NCBI GenBank assembly: GCA_018823285.1
Contig: JAHJIQ010000014.1
Span: forward strand, 23,556 to 87,555
Direction of reading: 5' to 3'
Length of the DNA: 64,000 nt
From: Pseudomonadota bacterium
GTDB taxonomy: Bacteria; Desulfobacterota; Desulfobulbia; Desulfobulbales; JAGXFP01
The notes beneath the pieces are model-generated. The model had not been told where the DNA came from. It searched no databases and worked only from the letters and a program-made list of their open reading frames with translations. A program made the translations under genes and the position numbers. Each line of letters starts with the position of its first letter. Positions within the stretch are counted from its first letter, which is position 1. This document shows positions 56,539 through 64,000 of this stretch, in pieces.

Positions 56539-57080
56539 CTACCGAGAAAAAAAAAGTGATGTCGGCCCACGATATTGAGCTTTCCCTGTCAAGAATCGCG
56601 ATCGAGATTGTTGAACGGAACCGCAACCTGAATAATCTGGCGATCGTCGGTATTCATACCGGCGGCGTCTTTCTGGCCGAGAGAATCAAGAAGATGATCG
56701 AGGAGCGGGTCAAGGTCAAGCTGCCCATCGGCAGTCTTGATATCACCCTCTACCGGGACGACTGGAGCCTGGCCAGCCAGAGCCCGGTGGTCAAAACCAC
56801 CGACCTTAATTTCCCGGTGGAGTGCTGCACCGTGGTCCTGATCGATGACGTGCTGTTCACCGGCCGGACCATCCGGGCGGCGCTCGATGCGATCATGGAT
56901 TTCGGCCGGCCGATGGTGCTGCAGCTGGCCGTTCTGCTCGATCGCGGCGGCCGGGAGCTGCCCATTCAACCGGACTTTGTCGGAATGCATGTTCTGGTGG
57001 AAGACAATGAACGGGTCGATGTCCATTTAAGCGAGAAAGACGGGGTAGATGAAGTCATTATCAGGCCGGCCGGGAAATGA
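56535..57080 (+). CDS. pyrR: Bifunctional pyrimidine regulatory protein / uracil phosphoribosyltransferase PyrR
   Basis: LAIVGIHTGGVFLA and the PRPP loop VVLIDDVLFTGRTIRAALDA. 181 aa. Confidence 0.93.
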   Translation: MTTEKKKVMSAHDIELSLSRIAIEIVERNRNLNNLAIVGIHTGGVFLAERIKKMIEERVKVKLPIGSLDITLYRDDWSLASQSPVVKTTDLNFPVECCTVVLIDDVLFTGRTIRAALDAIMDFGRPMVLQLAVLLDRGGRELPIQPDFVGMHVLVEDNERVDVHLSEKDGVDEVIIRPAGK

Positions 57081-58471
57081 CTTTAGGGTCGGACATGGTG
57101 AAGAATGGCAAGTCATCGAATCCGGGGCCGGATCTGCAGTATATCCACCGGCGGATCAAAAAAAAATTCGAAGACTATCAAACCTATCATTTCAGCGCCA
57201 ATCAGAATGATATCCTGAAGACCTTTTTTGATCTGGCCCAGGAATTCGATTCTTTTCAGGATTTCTACCGGATCTGCGTGCTGGTCCCCTGCGATTGCCT
57301 GCAGATGCAGGTCTCTCTTTATCTGGAGGCTGAATCCGGGATCGGCCTGCAGCTGGTCTGTAATTCCAGTGATGGTGTTCGCTACGATTCCGCCCCTGCC
57401 CCTTCTTATGTCAGGACTTCCCAGGAGCCATATGATCATGAAGGCTCATACCTGGTTCCCATTTCCCGCAAACAGTTCCATCAGGCCGATGCCCCGGCAA
57501 TGAAAAAGGCGGCCCGCATCCTCGGGATGCTGGAGGTTTCCGCCGGCCGTGAACTTTCCGGCGAGGAACGGTTTTTCTTTATCAAATACGCCAACCGTAT
57601 TGCCTACAATCTTCACAACCGTAAACTGATGCAGCAGAATATCCGCCATCTGGAGTTCATCAACACTCTGGTGATGGATATTGAACACAATGTGATCATC
57701 CCCAATATGTACTTCAAGCACCTCTTCAACCGGCTCAAGGCTTCGATTGGCGGGCTGGAGGAGCTGGTGCTGGATGAGGAGGGGGCAAGCGAGCCTTACC
57801 GGGGGCGGCTTGCCACCGTTTACCAGGGGCTTCGGGAAAATCACCGGCAGCTTCTCGACCACCATTCGACCACCTCGCTCTTCCTCGAAAGCCTGTTTCG
57901 CAAAGACCATTTCACCGAGGGGCATCTGGTTTTAAAACCACGGTCCTGTATGGTGGAACAGGAGATCATCAGGCCGCAGCTCGAAAACTATCTCAATCGT
58001 TTTTCCCTCTACGGGATTGAGGTCCGATACCCCGATGACATGGAAGATGAGTTGCCGTTAAGCGTCGATATCGGCCTTCTCGCCCAGGTGTACGCGAACC
58101 TTTTCTCCAATGCGGTTAAATATACCGAGAGTGTGAAAACCGCAGCGGGGTTTGCCAGGAAAGCGATGGCCTATGGCCGCAAGCTGGAAAAAGATTATTT
58201 CGGGCCGGGCAAGGACGGGATGAAATTCAACGTGTTTTCCACCGGACCGCAGCTGTCCGCCACTGAACAGGAGCGGGTGTTTGACGACGGTTTCCGGGGC
58301 AGCAATTCGGGTCGCAGCTCCGGCACCGGGCATGGGCTCTCTTTTGTCAGACACGTGATCGAGATCCATGGCGGTCGGGTGGGCTACGAATCGGTCGAAG
58401 AGGGGAATAACTTCTATTTTGTTCTTCCCCTTGCCGGAGAATATAAAGGGATGAAAGATGTTTCCCCTTAA
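57077..58471 (+). CDS. Cytoplasmic sensor histidine kinase (orphan, divergent H-box)
   Basis: HATPase_c blocks NLFSNAVKYT (N), DDGFRG (G1-like) and GTGHGLSFVRHVIEIHGG (G2). Candidate H-box DIEHNVIIP. No TM segment. Start overlaps the pyrR stop. Confidence 0.8.
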   Translation: MTLGSDMVKNGKSSNPGPDLQYIHRRIKKKFEDYQTYHFSANQNDILKTFFDLAQEFDSFQDFYRICVLVPCDCLQMQVSLYLEAESGIGLQLVCNSSDGVRYDSAPAPSYVRTSQEPYDHEGSYLVPISRKQFHQADAPAMKKAARILGMLEVSAGRELSGEERFFFIKYANRIAYNLHNRKLMQQNIRHLEFINTLVMDIEHNVIIPNMYFKHLFNRLKASIGGLEELVLDEEGASEPYRGRLATVYQGLRENHRQLLDHHSTTSLFLESLFRKDHFTEGHLVLKPRSCMVEQEIIRPQLENYLNRFSLYGIEVRYPDDMEDELPLSVDIGLLAQVYANLFSNAVKYTESVKTAAGFARKAMAYGRKLEKDYFGPGKDGMKFNVFSTGPQLSATEQERVFDDGFRGSNSGRSSGTGHGLSFVRHVIEIHGGRVGYESVEEGNNFYFVLPLAGEYKGMKDVSP

Positions 58472-59165
58472 GGATGATGTTCCGTCGAGCAGTTTCCCGG
58501 CCATCAACCTCTGGCTGATCATCGTCAATGTCCTCTGTTTTGTCTACGAGCTGATGCTCGGCGACCACCTCAATCCATTTCTTTCGACCTATGGTTTTGT
58601 GCCGGCGAGGTTTATGGCGGCGCAGGCTGAAAACTATTTTGATTTCGGGCGCTTTCTGCCGGTGTTCTCCTCCATGTTTCTCCATGGCGGGTTTCTGCAT
58701 GTCATTTCCAATATGTGGATGTTGTGGATATTCGGCGACAATGTCGAAGACAGTATGGGCCATGGACGATATCTTTTCTTCTACCTGCTGTGCGGTTTTG
58801 TCTCGGTGTTCGCCCAGGGGCTTTCGGCTCCGGGTTCGGTGGTGCCGATGATCGGGGCCAGCGGGGCGATTTCCGGGGTGCTGGGGGCCTATTTTGTTCT
58901 CCATCCGCGGGCGAGGATCACCACCCTGGTGCCGATCTTCTTTTTCCTGACCATCATCAGGATCCCGGCCTTTGTTTTTCTCGGCTTCTGGATTCTGCTG
59001 CAGATTTTGCAGGGGTCCGCCAATCTCCTGGATACCGGCGCCGGGGCAAAAGGAGGCGTTGCGTGGTGGGCCCATGTCGGCGGCTTTGTCATGGGTTTTG
59101 TGCTGATTCATCTGTTCAGGAAAAAAAAGGGCCGGTTAGTCAGAAAGCCGTGGTATCAGTTCTGA
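58458..59165 (+). CDS. Rhomboid-family intramembrane serine protease
   Basis: Six TM helices, HGGFLHVISNMWMLWIFG, the catalytic GASGAISGVLGAY, and AHVGGFVMG. Overlaps the HK gene by 14 nt. Confidence 0.85.
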   Translation: MFPLKDDVPSSSFPAINLWLIIVNVLCFVYELMLGDHLNPFLSTYGFVPARFMAAQAENYFDFGRFLPVFSSMFLHGGFLHVISNMWMLWIFGDNVEDSMGHGRYLFFYLLCGFVSVFAQGLSAPGSVVPMIGASGAISGVLGAYFVLHPRARITTLVPIFFFLTIIRIPAFVFLGFWILLQILQGSANLLDTGAGAKGGVAWWAHVGGFVMGFVLIHLFRKKKGRLVRKPWYQF

Positions 59166-59531
59166 GCTTGTAATTTTTTCCCGGGTCAATCTCCAGATAC
59201 TCCGGAATATCCCTGTTCACTATTCCAGCTGCCTGGTCCGTTTCATTGCTGGCTGCACTACTGAGGATATACCTGTGACAAATTGCCCCATTTCAGAACC
59301 CTCTGTCGGTGTTATAATGAAATCCGATGCCGTAATGCTCCTCCGGTTTCATCCCCCTTTTTTCCGGACATATTACGGCTTCTTTCCCCCTAGAAAGGGT
59401 GGCATCATAATGGTGGTGTCACCCTTTTTCCTTGTTTTTTTCTCTTTAAAAAAAGCCCCGGCAGATATACTTTCAGGAACCACCTCCTGTCGGGTTAAAT
59501 GATGACAGGTCATTTCTGATGGAACCAGGCG

Positions 59532-60386
59532 ATGGGTGAAAAGCAATCCGCAACTGAAGATTTCAATCTTTCCGGGCATGTTGTCAGGATGCTTGCCGGG
59601 CTGTTCCTGTTCTATGTGGTGATCATGACCTGCGGCTTCGCCTTCGAGGTTTTTCCCACCGAGGAGCCGGTGGTCCTTGCGGCAAAGGTCACGGCTGCCA
59701 TCTGCGGGGCGATTATGCTCGGACTCGGAGGCTGGCTGCTTCACAGCTCGTTCGCGAGGCTTTTCGTTCTGGCCGGAATTCCGGCTGGTTCCTTTCCCGG
59801 GCGACTGGGCCTCTATTTCCGGCAGCGGGTAACCGGCAAAACCCTGCTGGCCGGTTTGCCTTATCTCCTGCTGAGTTTCCAGCTCGGGTATTTCCTGTTC
59901 AGCGGCAACTCCTGGCCGGCCGCCGGCGGAGAGGAGCTGCAGGAACTCTTTATGGTCGAGTACGGGATCATTCATGCCACCCTCTTTCTCGGTTGTATTT
60001 CCCTGATCCCGGCTATCGGCCGGGGCCGTCCGGTCAAGTATCTGCTGATCCTGCTCTTCGGCGCTTTCTATGCCTGGGCAATGCTCGATCAACTGAGTTT
60101 TTACGGCTATGCCTCCTATCTCTTTCTGCTCGCGAGCAAGTTCGGCGGCTACTTTCTCCGGCCGCCCTCGGCGAATCAAAAATTTGCCCTTTTTCTCCGT
60201 TGGGGAGCGCAGATCAGTACCTTTGTCCTGATTCTTGCCGCCCTCAACAATACTTCAATCAGCGGGCCGCTGAACATCCTCTGCGGATTCTGGTATTTTT
60301 TACTGCTGGCGATCTATGAGATCCTGGATGTCTTTTCGGTAAAGACCGGCGCCACCGGTGGTGGCGCGATGAAGAGTGAAGAGTGA
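59532..60386 (+). CDS. Polytopic membrane protein, unknown function
   Basis: 284 aa with about 8 hydrophobic helices. The antisense ORF 59373..60179 is Arg/Pro/Gly-rich low complexity and was rejected. Confidence 0.6.
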   Translation: MGEKQSATEDFNLSGHVVRMLAGLFLFYVVIMTCGFAFEVFPTEEPVVLAAKVTAAICGAIMLGLGGWLLHSSFARLFVLAGIPAGSFPGRLGLYFRQRVTGKTLLAGLPYLLLSFQLGYFLFSGNSWPAAGGEELQELFMVEYGIIHATLFLGCISLIPAIGRGRPVKYLLILLFGAFYAWAMLDQLSFYGYASYLFLLASKFGGYFLRPPSANQKFALFLRWGAQISTFVLILAALNNTSISGPLNILCGFWYFLLLAIYEILDVFSVKTGATGGGAMKSEE

Positions 60387-60430
60387 AGAATTTGGAGTGT
60401 GGAGTTCCCGTAGGCAACACTTCTGCATTC

Positions 60431-62269
60431 TTAATTCTGCCTTTCTCTGAAATCATGGATGACTTTGAGGAAGGCCGGGCCGTACTTTTCGAGTTTGTTT
60501 GCGCCGACGCCGTGGATGGCCAGGAGCGCGGAATTATCTTTCGGCAGATACGCCGCCATTTCGATCAGGGTTTTATCTCCGAAGACCACGAAGGGCGGGA
60601 CCCCTGCCGCATCGGCCAGGCTTTTGCGTAAGGAGCGCAATTTTTCAAAGAGTTCCTCGTTGTAGTCAAGGTCAGTTGTATTGCGTGGCCCTTTTTTCTT
60701 TTTGGTGGTAACCGGTCTGACCCGGGGCTTCGCCATGGTCAGGGTCTTTTCCCCGCGCAGGAGCGGACGGGAGGCGTCGGTGAGTTTCAGCACCGAGTAA
60801 TCGGCCACATCCTGGAAGAGATAGCCGTGCTGGACCAGATGGTGGAGCAGGCTTGCCCAGAACTCCTTGGGTTGATCACTGCCGATTCCGTAGGTGGAGA
60901 GCTGGTCGTGCTGCTGTTTCATGATCCGTTCATTTTTCGATCCGCGCAAAACATCAATCACATAACCGATACCGAACCGCTGCCCGACCCGGTAGACGCA
61001 GGAGAGCGCTTTTCTGGCGTCATCGGTCACATCATGGAGTTCCGGGGGTGACAGGCAGATATCACAGTTGCCGCAGGGTTCCGGCAACTGTTCGCCGAAA
61101 TAGCCGAGCAGCACCTGGCGTCGACAACTCTGCGCTTCGGCAAAGGCGACCATCGCGTTCAGTTTATGGATCTCAATCCGTTTCTGTTCCTGGTTTCTGC
61201 CAAGCTCAATCAGGCCGCGGGCCACTGCGATATCACCATAGCCGAAGAGCAGAACCGCCTCCGAGGGCAGGCCGTCTCGGCCGGCGCGGCCGGTTTCCTG
61301 GTAGTAGCTTTCAATGTTCTTGGGCAGATCGTAATGCACCACGAAGCGAACATTGGGTTTGTCGATCCCCATCCCGAAGGCGACCGTCGCCACCACCACC
61401 TGCAGGTTGTCTTTGAGAAAGTCGTCCTGAACCTGTTTGCGTTCCTCTGCGGGAAGACCAGCGTGATAAGCGGCCGCCGAAAACCCTGCCGCAGATAGCT
61501 GGTCGGCCACCTGTTCCACCCGCTTGCGGGAAAGGCAGTAGACGATCCCGGACTCCTTTTCCCGCCCTTGAAGAAAGGTGCGGAGCTGATCTTTAGGTTT
61601 CAGCTTGTCGATCACCGTGTAACGGATATTGGGTCGGTCAAAACCGGCGACATAGGTTTTGGCCTGCTGCAGATTCAAACGGGTCAGAATATCGGCCCGG
61701 GTTTGCTCCTCGGCGGTGGCGGTGAGGGCGATCAGCGGGATCTTCGGAAACAGTCCGCGCAAGCGGCCGAGCTGGATGTATTCAGGCCGAAAATCATGGC
61801 CCCATTGCGATACGCAATGTGCCTCATCAATGGCAAAGAGAGAGATTTCGATATCAACCAGGCGGTCGAGAAAATCACTGCTCATCAGCCGTTCCGGGGC
61901 CACGTAAAGAAGATCAAGCTCTCTGTGGTGAAAGCGGCGCAGAACTTCCCGCGCCTCGTCCGCTTTCAGGGAGGAGTTGTAGAAGTCGGCCCGGACTCCG
62001 TTGGCCCGGAGCGCATCCACCTGGTCTTTCATCAGCGAGATCAGCGGGCTGACCACCAGCGCTACCCCCGGCCGGTGCAGGGCCGGAATCTGGTAGCAGA
62101 GCGATTTGCCGCCGCCGGTGGGCATCAGGACAAAGGCATCCTCACCCCGGATCAGGCCGGAGATGATTTCCTCCTGGTAGGGACGGAACTCGCTGTAACC
62201 GAAAATGGTGCGCAGGTTGTCGAGAGGTGTCGGGCTGGTGGTCGGCAAAGGGGCGTTCATGTCAATCAT
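60431..62269 (-). CDS. recQ: ATP-dependent DNA helicase RecQ
   Basis: LMPTGGGKSLCYQ, DEAHCVSQWGHDFRPEY, the Zn-binding CRRQ..CGNCDIC, plus RQC and HRDC domains. 612 aa. Confidence 0.97.
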   Translation of the reverse strand: MIDMNAPLPTTSPTPLDNLRTIFGYSEFRPYQEEIISGLIRGEDAFVLMPTGGGKSLCYQIPALHRPGVALVVSPLISLMKDQVDALRANGVRADFYNSSLKADEAREVLRRFHHRELDLLYVAPERLMSSDFLDRLVDIEISLFAIDEAHCVSQWGHDFRPEYIQLGRLRGLFPKIPLIALTATAEEQTRADILTRLNLQQAKTYVAGFDRPNIRYTVIDKLKPKDQLRTFLQGREKESGIVYCLSRKRVEQVADQLSAAGFSAAAYHAGLPAEERKQVQDDFLKDNLQVVVATVAFGMGIDKPNVRFVVHYDLPKNIESYYQETGRAGRDGLPSEAVLLFGYGDIAVARGLIELGRNQEQKRIEIHKLNAMVAFAEAQSCRRQVLLGYFGEQLPEPCGNCDICLSPPELHDVTDDARKALSCVYRVGQRFGIGYVIDVLRGSKNERIMKQQHDQLSTYGIGSDQPKEFWASLLHHLVQHGYLFQDVADYSVLKLTDASRPLLRGEKTLTMAKPRVRPVTTKKKKGPRNTTDLDYNEELFEKLRSLRKSLADAAGVPPFVVFGDKTLIEMAAYLPKDNSALLAIHGVGANKLEKYGPAFLKVIHDFRERQN

Positions 62270-62347
62270 GAACAGAATGTACCCGGTTTACCGGAATCAG
62301 CCAATAATCAATATCTCAACTTTCTGAGTTTGATTAATCTCCCGATA

Positions 62348-62401
62348 AAGCTGAGTTGAGCAGCTGGCCTGCTCGTACGAAACTTATACTCGCAGGGTGA
62401 A
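62348..62401. repeat. Copy of the 55-bp hairpin repeat
   Basis: AAGCTGAGTTGAGCAGCTGGCCTGCTCGTACGAAACTTATACTCGCAGGGTGAA. Confidence 0.75.
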
Positions 62402-62440
62402 ATTAAGAGATTTTGGCGATTTTTCGTGCCTGTGTTCCAC

Positions 62441-62520
62441 AAGAAGCCAGAAGCCAGGAGTCAGAAGCCAGGAGAAAAGCTTTAAACTCAGTCATTCTGG
62501 CTCCTGACTTCTGGCTTCTG
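62441..62520. repeat. Imperfect 26-bp inverted repeat built from CAGAAGC/CAGGAG units
   Basis: AAGAAGCCAGAAGCCAGGAGTCAGAA (62441-62466) and TTCTGGCTCCTGACTTCTGGCTTCTG (62495-62520) are reverse complements at 23/26 positions, with a 28-nt spacer. Confidence 0.7.
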
Positions 62521-62623
62521 AATTCTCATCATGGAATGCCACCATGCCTCTCAATTAATTTATAACAGCAAATCAACACCATAAGACAAGTCAGAAAGTT
62601 GAGATCAATATCCGGTGGGGTGC

Positions 62624-64000
62624 TCAGTTTCCTGATAATCCTTTGAGCTCTGCGGATTTCTGCAGGTAATAGTCGTAATCACCGCCGTAGAGGCGCATCT
62701 CGCCGTGATCGATTTCCATCACATGATCGACCAGGGAACGGAGAAAGTGGCGGTCGTGACTCACCAGAATTACGGTGCCGGTGAATTTCTGCAGGGCCTC
62801 AAGGAGAATCTCGCGGGACTGCAGATCGAGATGGTTGGTGGGCTCGTCGAGGATCAGAAAATTCAGGGGGCGGGCCAGAAGCGTTGCGATCACCACCCTG
62901 CTTTTTTCCCCGCCCGAGAGCTGGGCGATTTTCTTGTCACCGTCTTCACCCTGGAAGAGGAAGGCGCCGCAGAGGTTTCTGATCACCCCGATATTGGCCT
63001 GGGGGATCACGTTCTGGATGGTCTCGAAGACGGTGCTGCCGCCATGCAGGACGTCCATCGAGTGCTGGCTGAAATAGCCGATCGAGACGTTAGCCCCAAT
63101 CGTTACCGTGCCGCCGGTCGGTTCGGTCTTCCCGGCGATGACCTTCAGAAAGGTTGATTTTCCCGCCCCGTTCACTCCGACCACCGCAATTTTCTCTCCC
63201 CGCCGGACCATCCCGGAAACACCGCTGAACACCGGCTTTTCGGGGGAGCCTTCATTGCCTGGCCAGGTCTTGGCAAGATCGACCATGGCCACCACGTCGT
63301 CGCCGCTTCTGGGTGGCTCGGGGAATTCAAAACGCATGACCCGCTGCTCGGCGGGGAGAACGATCCTTTCGATCTTTTCAATCTTCTTGATCCGGGATTG
63401 CACCTGGGAGGCGTGGGAGGCCCGGGCGGCAAAACGGGCGATAAATTCCTCTTCTTTGGCGAGCATTTCCTGCTGCCGCCGGGCGCTTGCGACGAGCTGC
63501 TCGCGGCGGATCTCCCGCTCGCGCAGGTAGAAATCGTAGTTGCCGCTGTAGGTGGTGATGGTCTGGTCTGCCACCTCGATAATCCGGCTGACAATGGCGT
63601 TCATGAAGGTCCGGTCATGGCTCGTCATCAGCACCGCCCCCTTGAACTCGTTTTTCAGCCATTCTTCAAGCCAGAGAATCGACTCGATATCGAGATGGTT
63701 GGTGGGTTCGTCTAAGAGCAGCACATCGGGGTTGATGGTCAGGATTTTGGCCAGCGCGATCCGCATCTTCCAGCCGCCGGAAAATGATTCGACCGGCCGG
63801 TTGTAATCGTCCGGACCGATGCCGAGACCGGTGAGCACCGTCTGGGCCCGGGTTTCCAGATCATAGCCGCCCCGGTGCTCAAATTCCTCCTGGGCGTTGC
63901 CGTAGCGCTCAAGGAGAGCGGCCAGTTCGTCATCCGCCATGGGTTCCGCCATCGCCGCTTCCATTTTCCGGATTTCATCCCCCAGGGCCAGCACCTCCGA
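62624..64000 (-). CDS. ABC-F family ATPase (two ABC domains, no TM), N-terminus outside the window
   Basis: The frame is open to the window end. It shows the first-domain signature FSGGWKMRIALAKIL + LLLDEPTNHLD, an inter-domain linker, the second domain GVNGAGKSTFL, LSGGEKSRV and LILDEPTNHLD. Confidence 0.9.
   Translation of the reverse strand, partial: SEVLALGDEIRKMEAAMAEPMADDELAALLERYGNAQEEFEHRGGYDLETRAQTVLTGLGIGPDDYNRPVESFSGGWKMRIALAKILTINPDVLLLDEPTNHLDIESILWLEEWLKNEFKGAVLMTSHDRTFMNAIVSRIIEVADQTITTYSGNYDFYLREREIRREQLVASARRQQEMLAKEEEFIARFAARASHASQVQSRIKKIEKIERIVLPAEQRVMRFEFPEPPRSGDDVVAMVDLAKTWPGNEGSPEKPVFSGVSGMVRRGEKIAVVGVNGAGKSTFLKVIAGKTEPTGGTVTIGANVSIGYFSQHSMDVLHGGSTVFETIQNVIPQANIGVIRNLCGAFLFQGEDGDKKIAQLSGGEKSRVVIATLLARPLNFLILDEPTNHLDLQSREILLEALQKFTGTVILVSHDRHFLRSLVDHVMEIDHGEMRLYGGDYDYYLQKSAELKGLSGN

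Noticed and set aside
59275-60179. ORFs 59275..59502 (+) and 59373..60179 (-) in or opposite the leader region and membrane-protein gene
   Set aside because: The first is Phe/Pro-rich and reads through a T-rich hairpin region with no RBS. The second is an Arg/Gly/Pro/Glu-rich antisense shadow of a clearly hydrophobic polytopic protein.
61568-62359. 263-aa + strand ORF opposite recQ
   Set aside because: A shadow of recQ. It also runs into the intergenic repeat, which is typical of a spurious call.

Overview
The gene content suggests a chromosomal segment from a Desulfuromonadota-like (Geobacter/Desulfuromonas-type) bacterium; this assignment is inference only. There are three blocks. (1) 1-22.1 kb is a sigma-54-driven flagellar locus: TPR protein, NtrC-type activator, flgBC-fliEFGHIJ plus a YlxF/FlbB-like gene, then fliK-flgD-flgE, the same order as the Bacillus fla/che operon. 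About 6.3 kb of non-flagellar genes (10.76-17.12 kb) split it. The first of these encodes a protein whose motifs match the carboxysome-shell carbonic anhydrase (CsoSCA) subclass of beta-CA, yet the window contains no carboxysome genes. A lower-GC islet, Hsp33 and several Cys/Zn-rich small proteins follow. Near-consensus -24/-12 promoters precede flgB and fliK. (2) 22.4-48.9 kb is housekeeping: a cooC-like gene, ileS-lspA, fabD, ffh, rpsP/KH-domain gene/rimM/trmD/SPOUT-like gene, rplS, rnhB/yraN-family gene/pdxA, tmk, a TPR lipoprotein, a radical-SAM/DUF2344 fusion next to RNase G, rplU-rpmA-obgE-proB-proA-nadD. (3) 48.9-64 kb is mixed: a CHASE2 Ser/Thr kinase with a PP2C phosphatase, an outer-membrane barrel, a monoheme cytochrome c, folE2, hslR, a stand-alone IMP-cyclohydrolase domain followed by purN, pyrR, a histidine kinase and a rhomboid, a membrane protein, recQ, and a truncated ABC-F ATPase. 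Intergenic DNA carries a dispersed ~55-bp hairpin (REP-like) repeat at six or more loci (one is a 3x tandem), a MITE-like composite element, heptanucleotide microsatellites and a 26-bp inverted repeat. I found no rRNA, tRNA, CRISPR, integrase or transposase. All calls come from reading the translations and sequence by eye; no database search was run.
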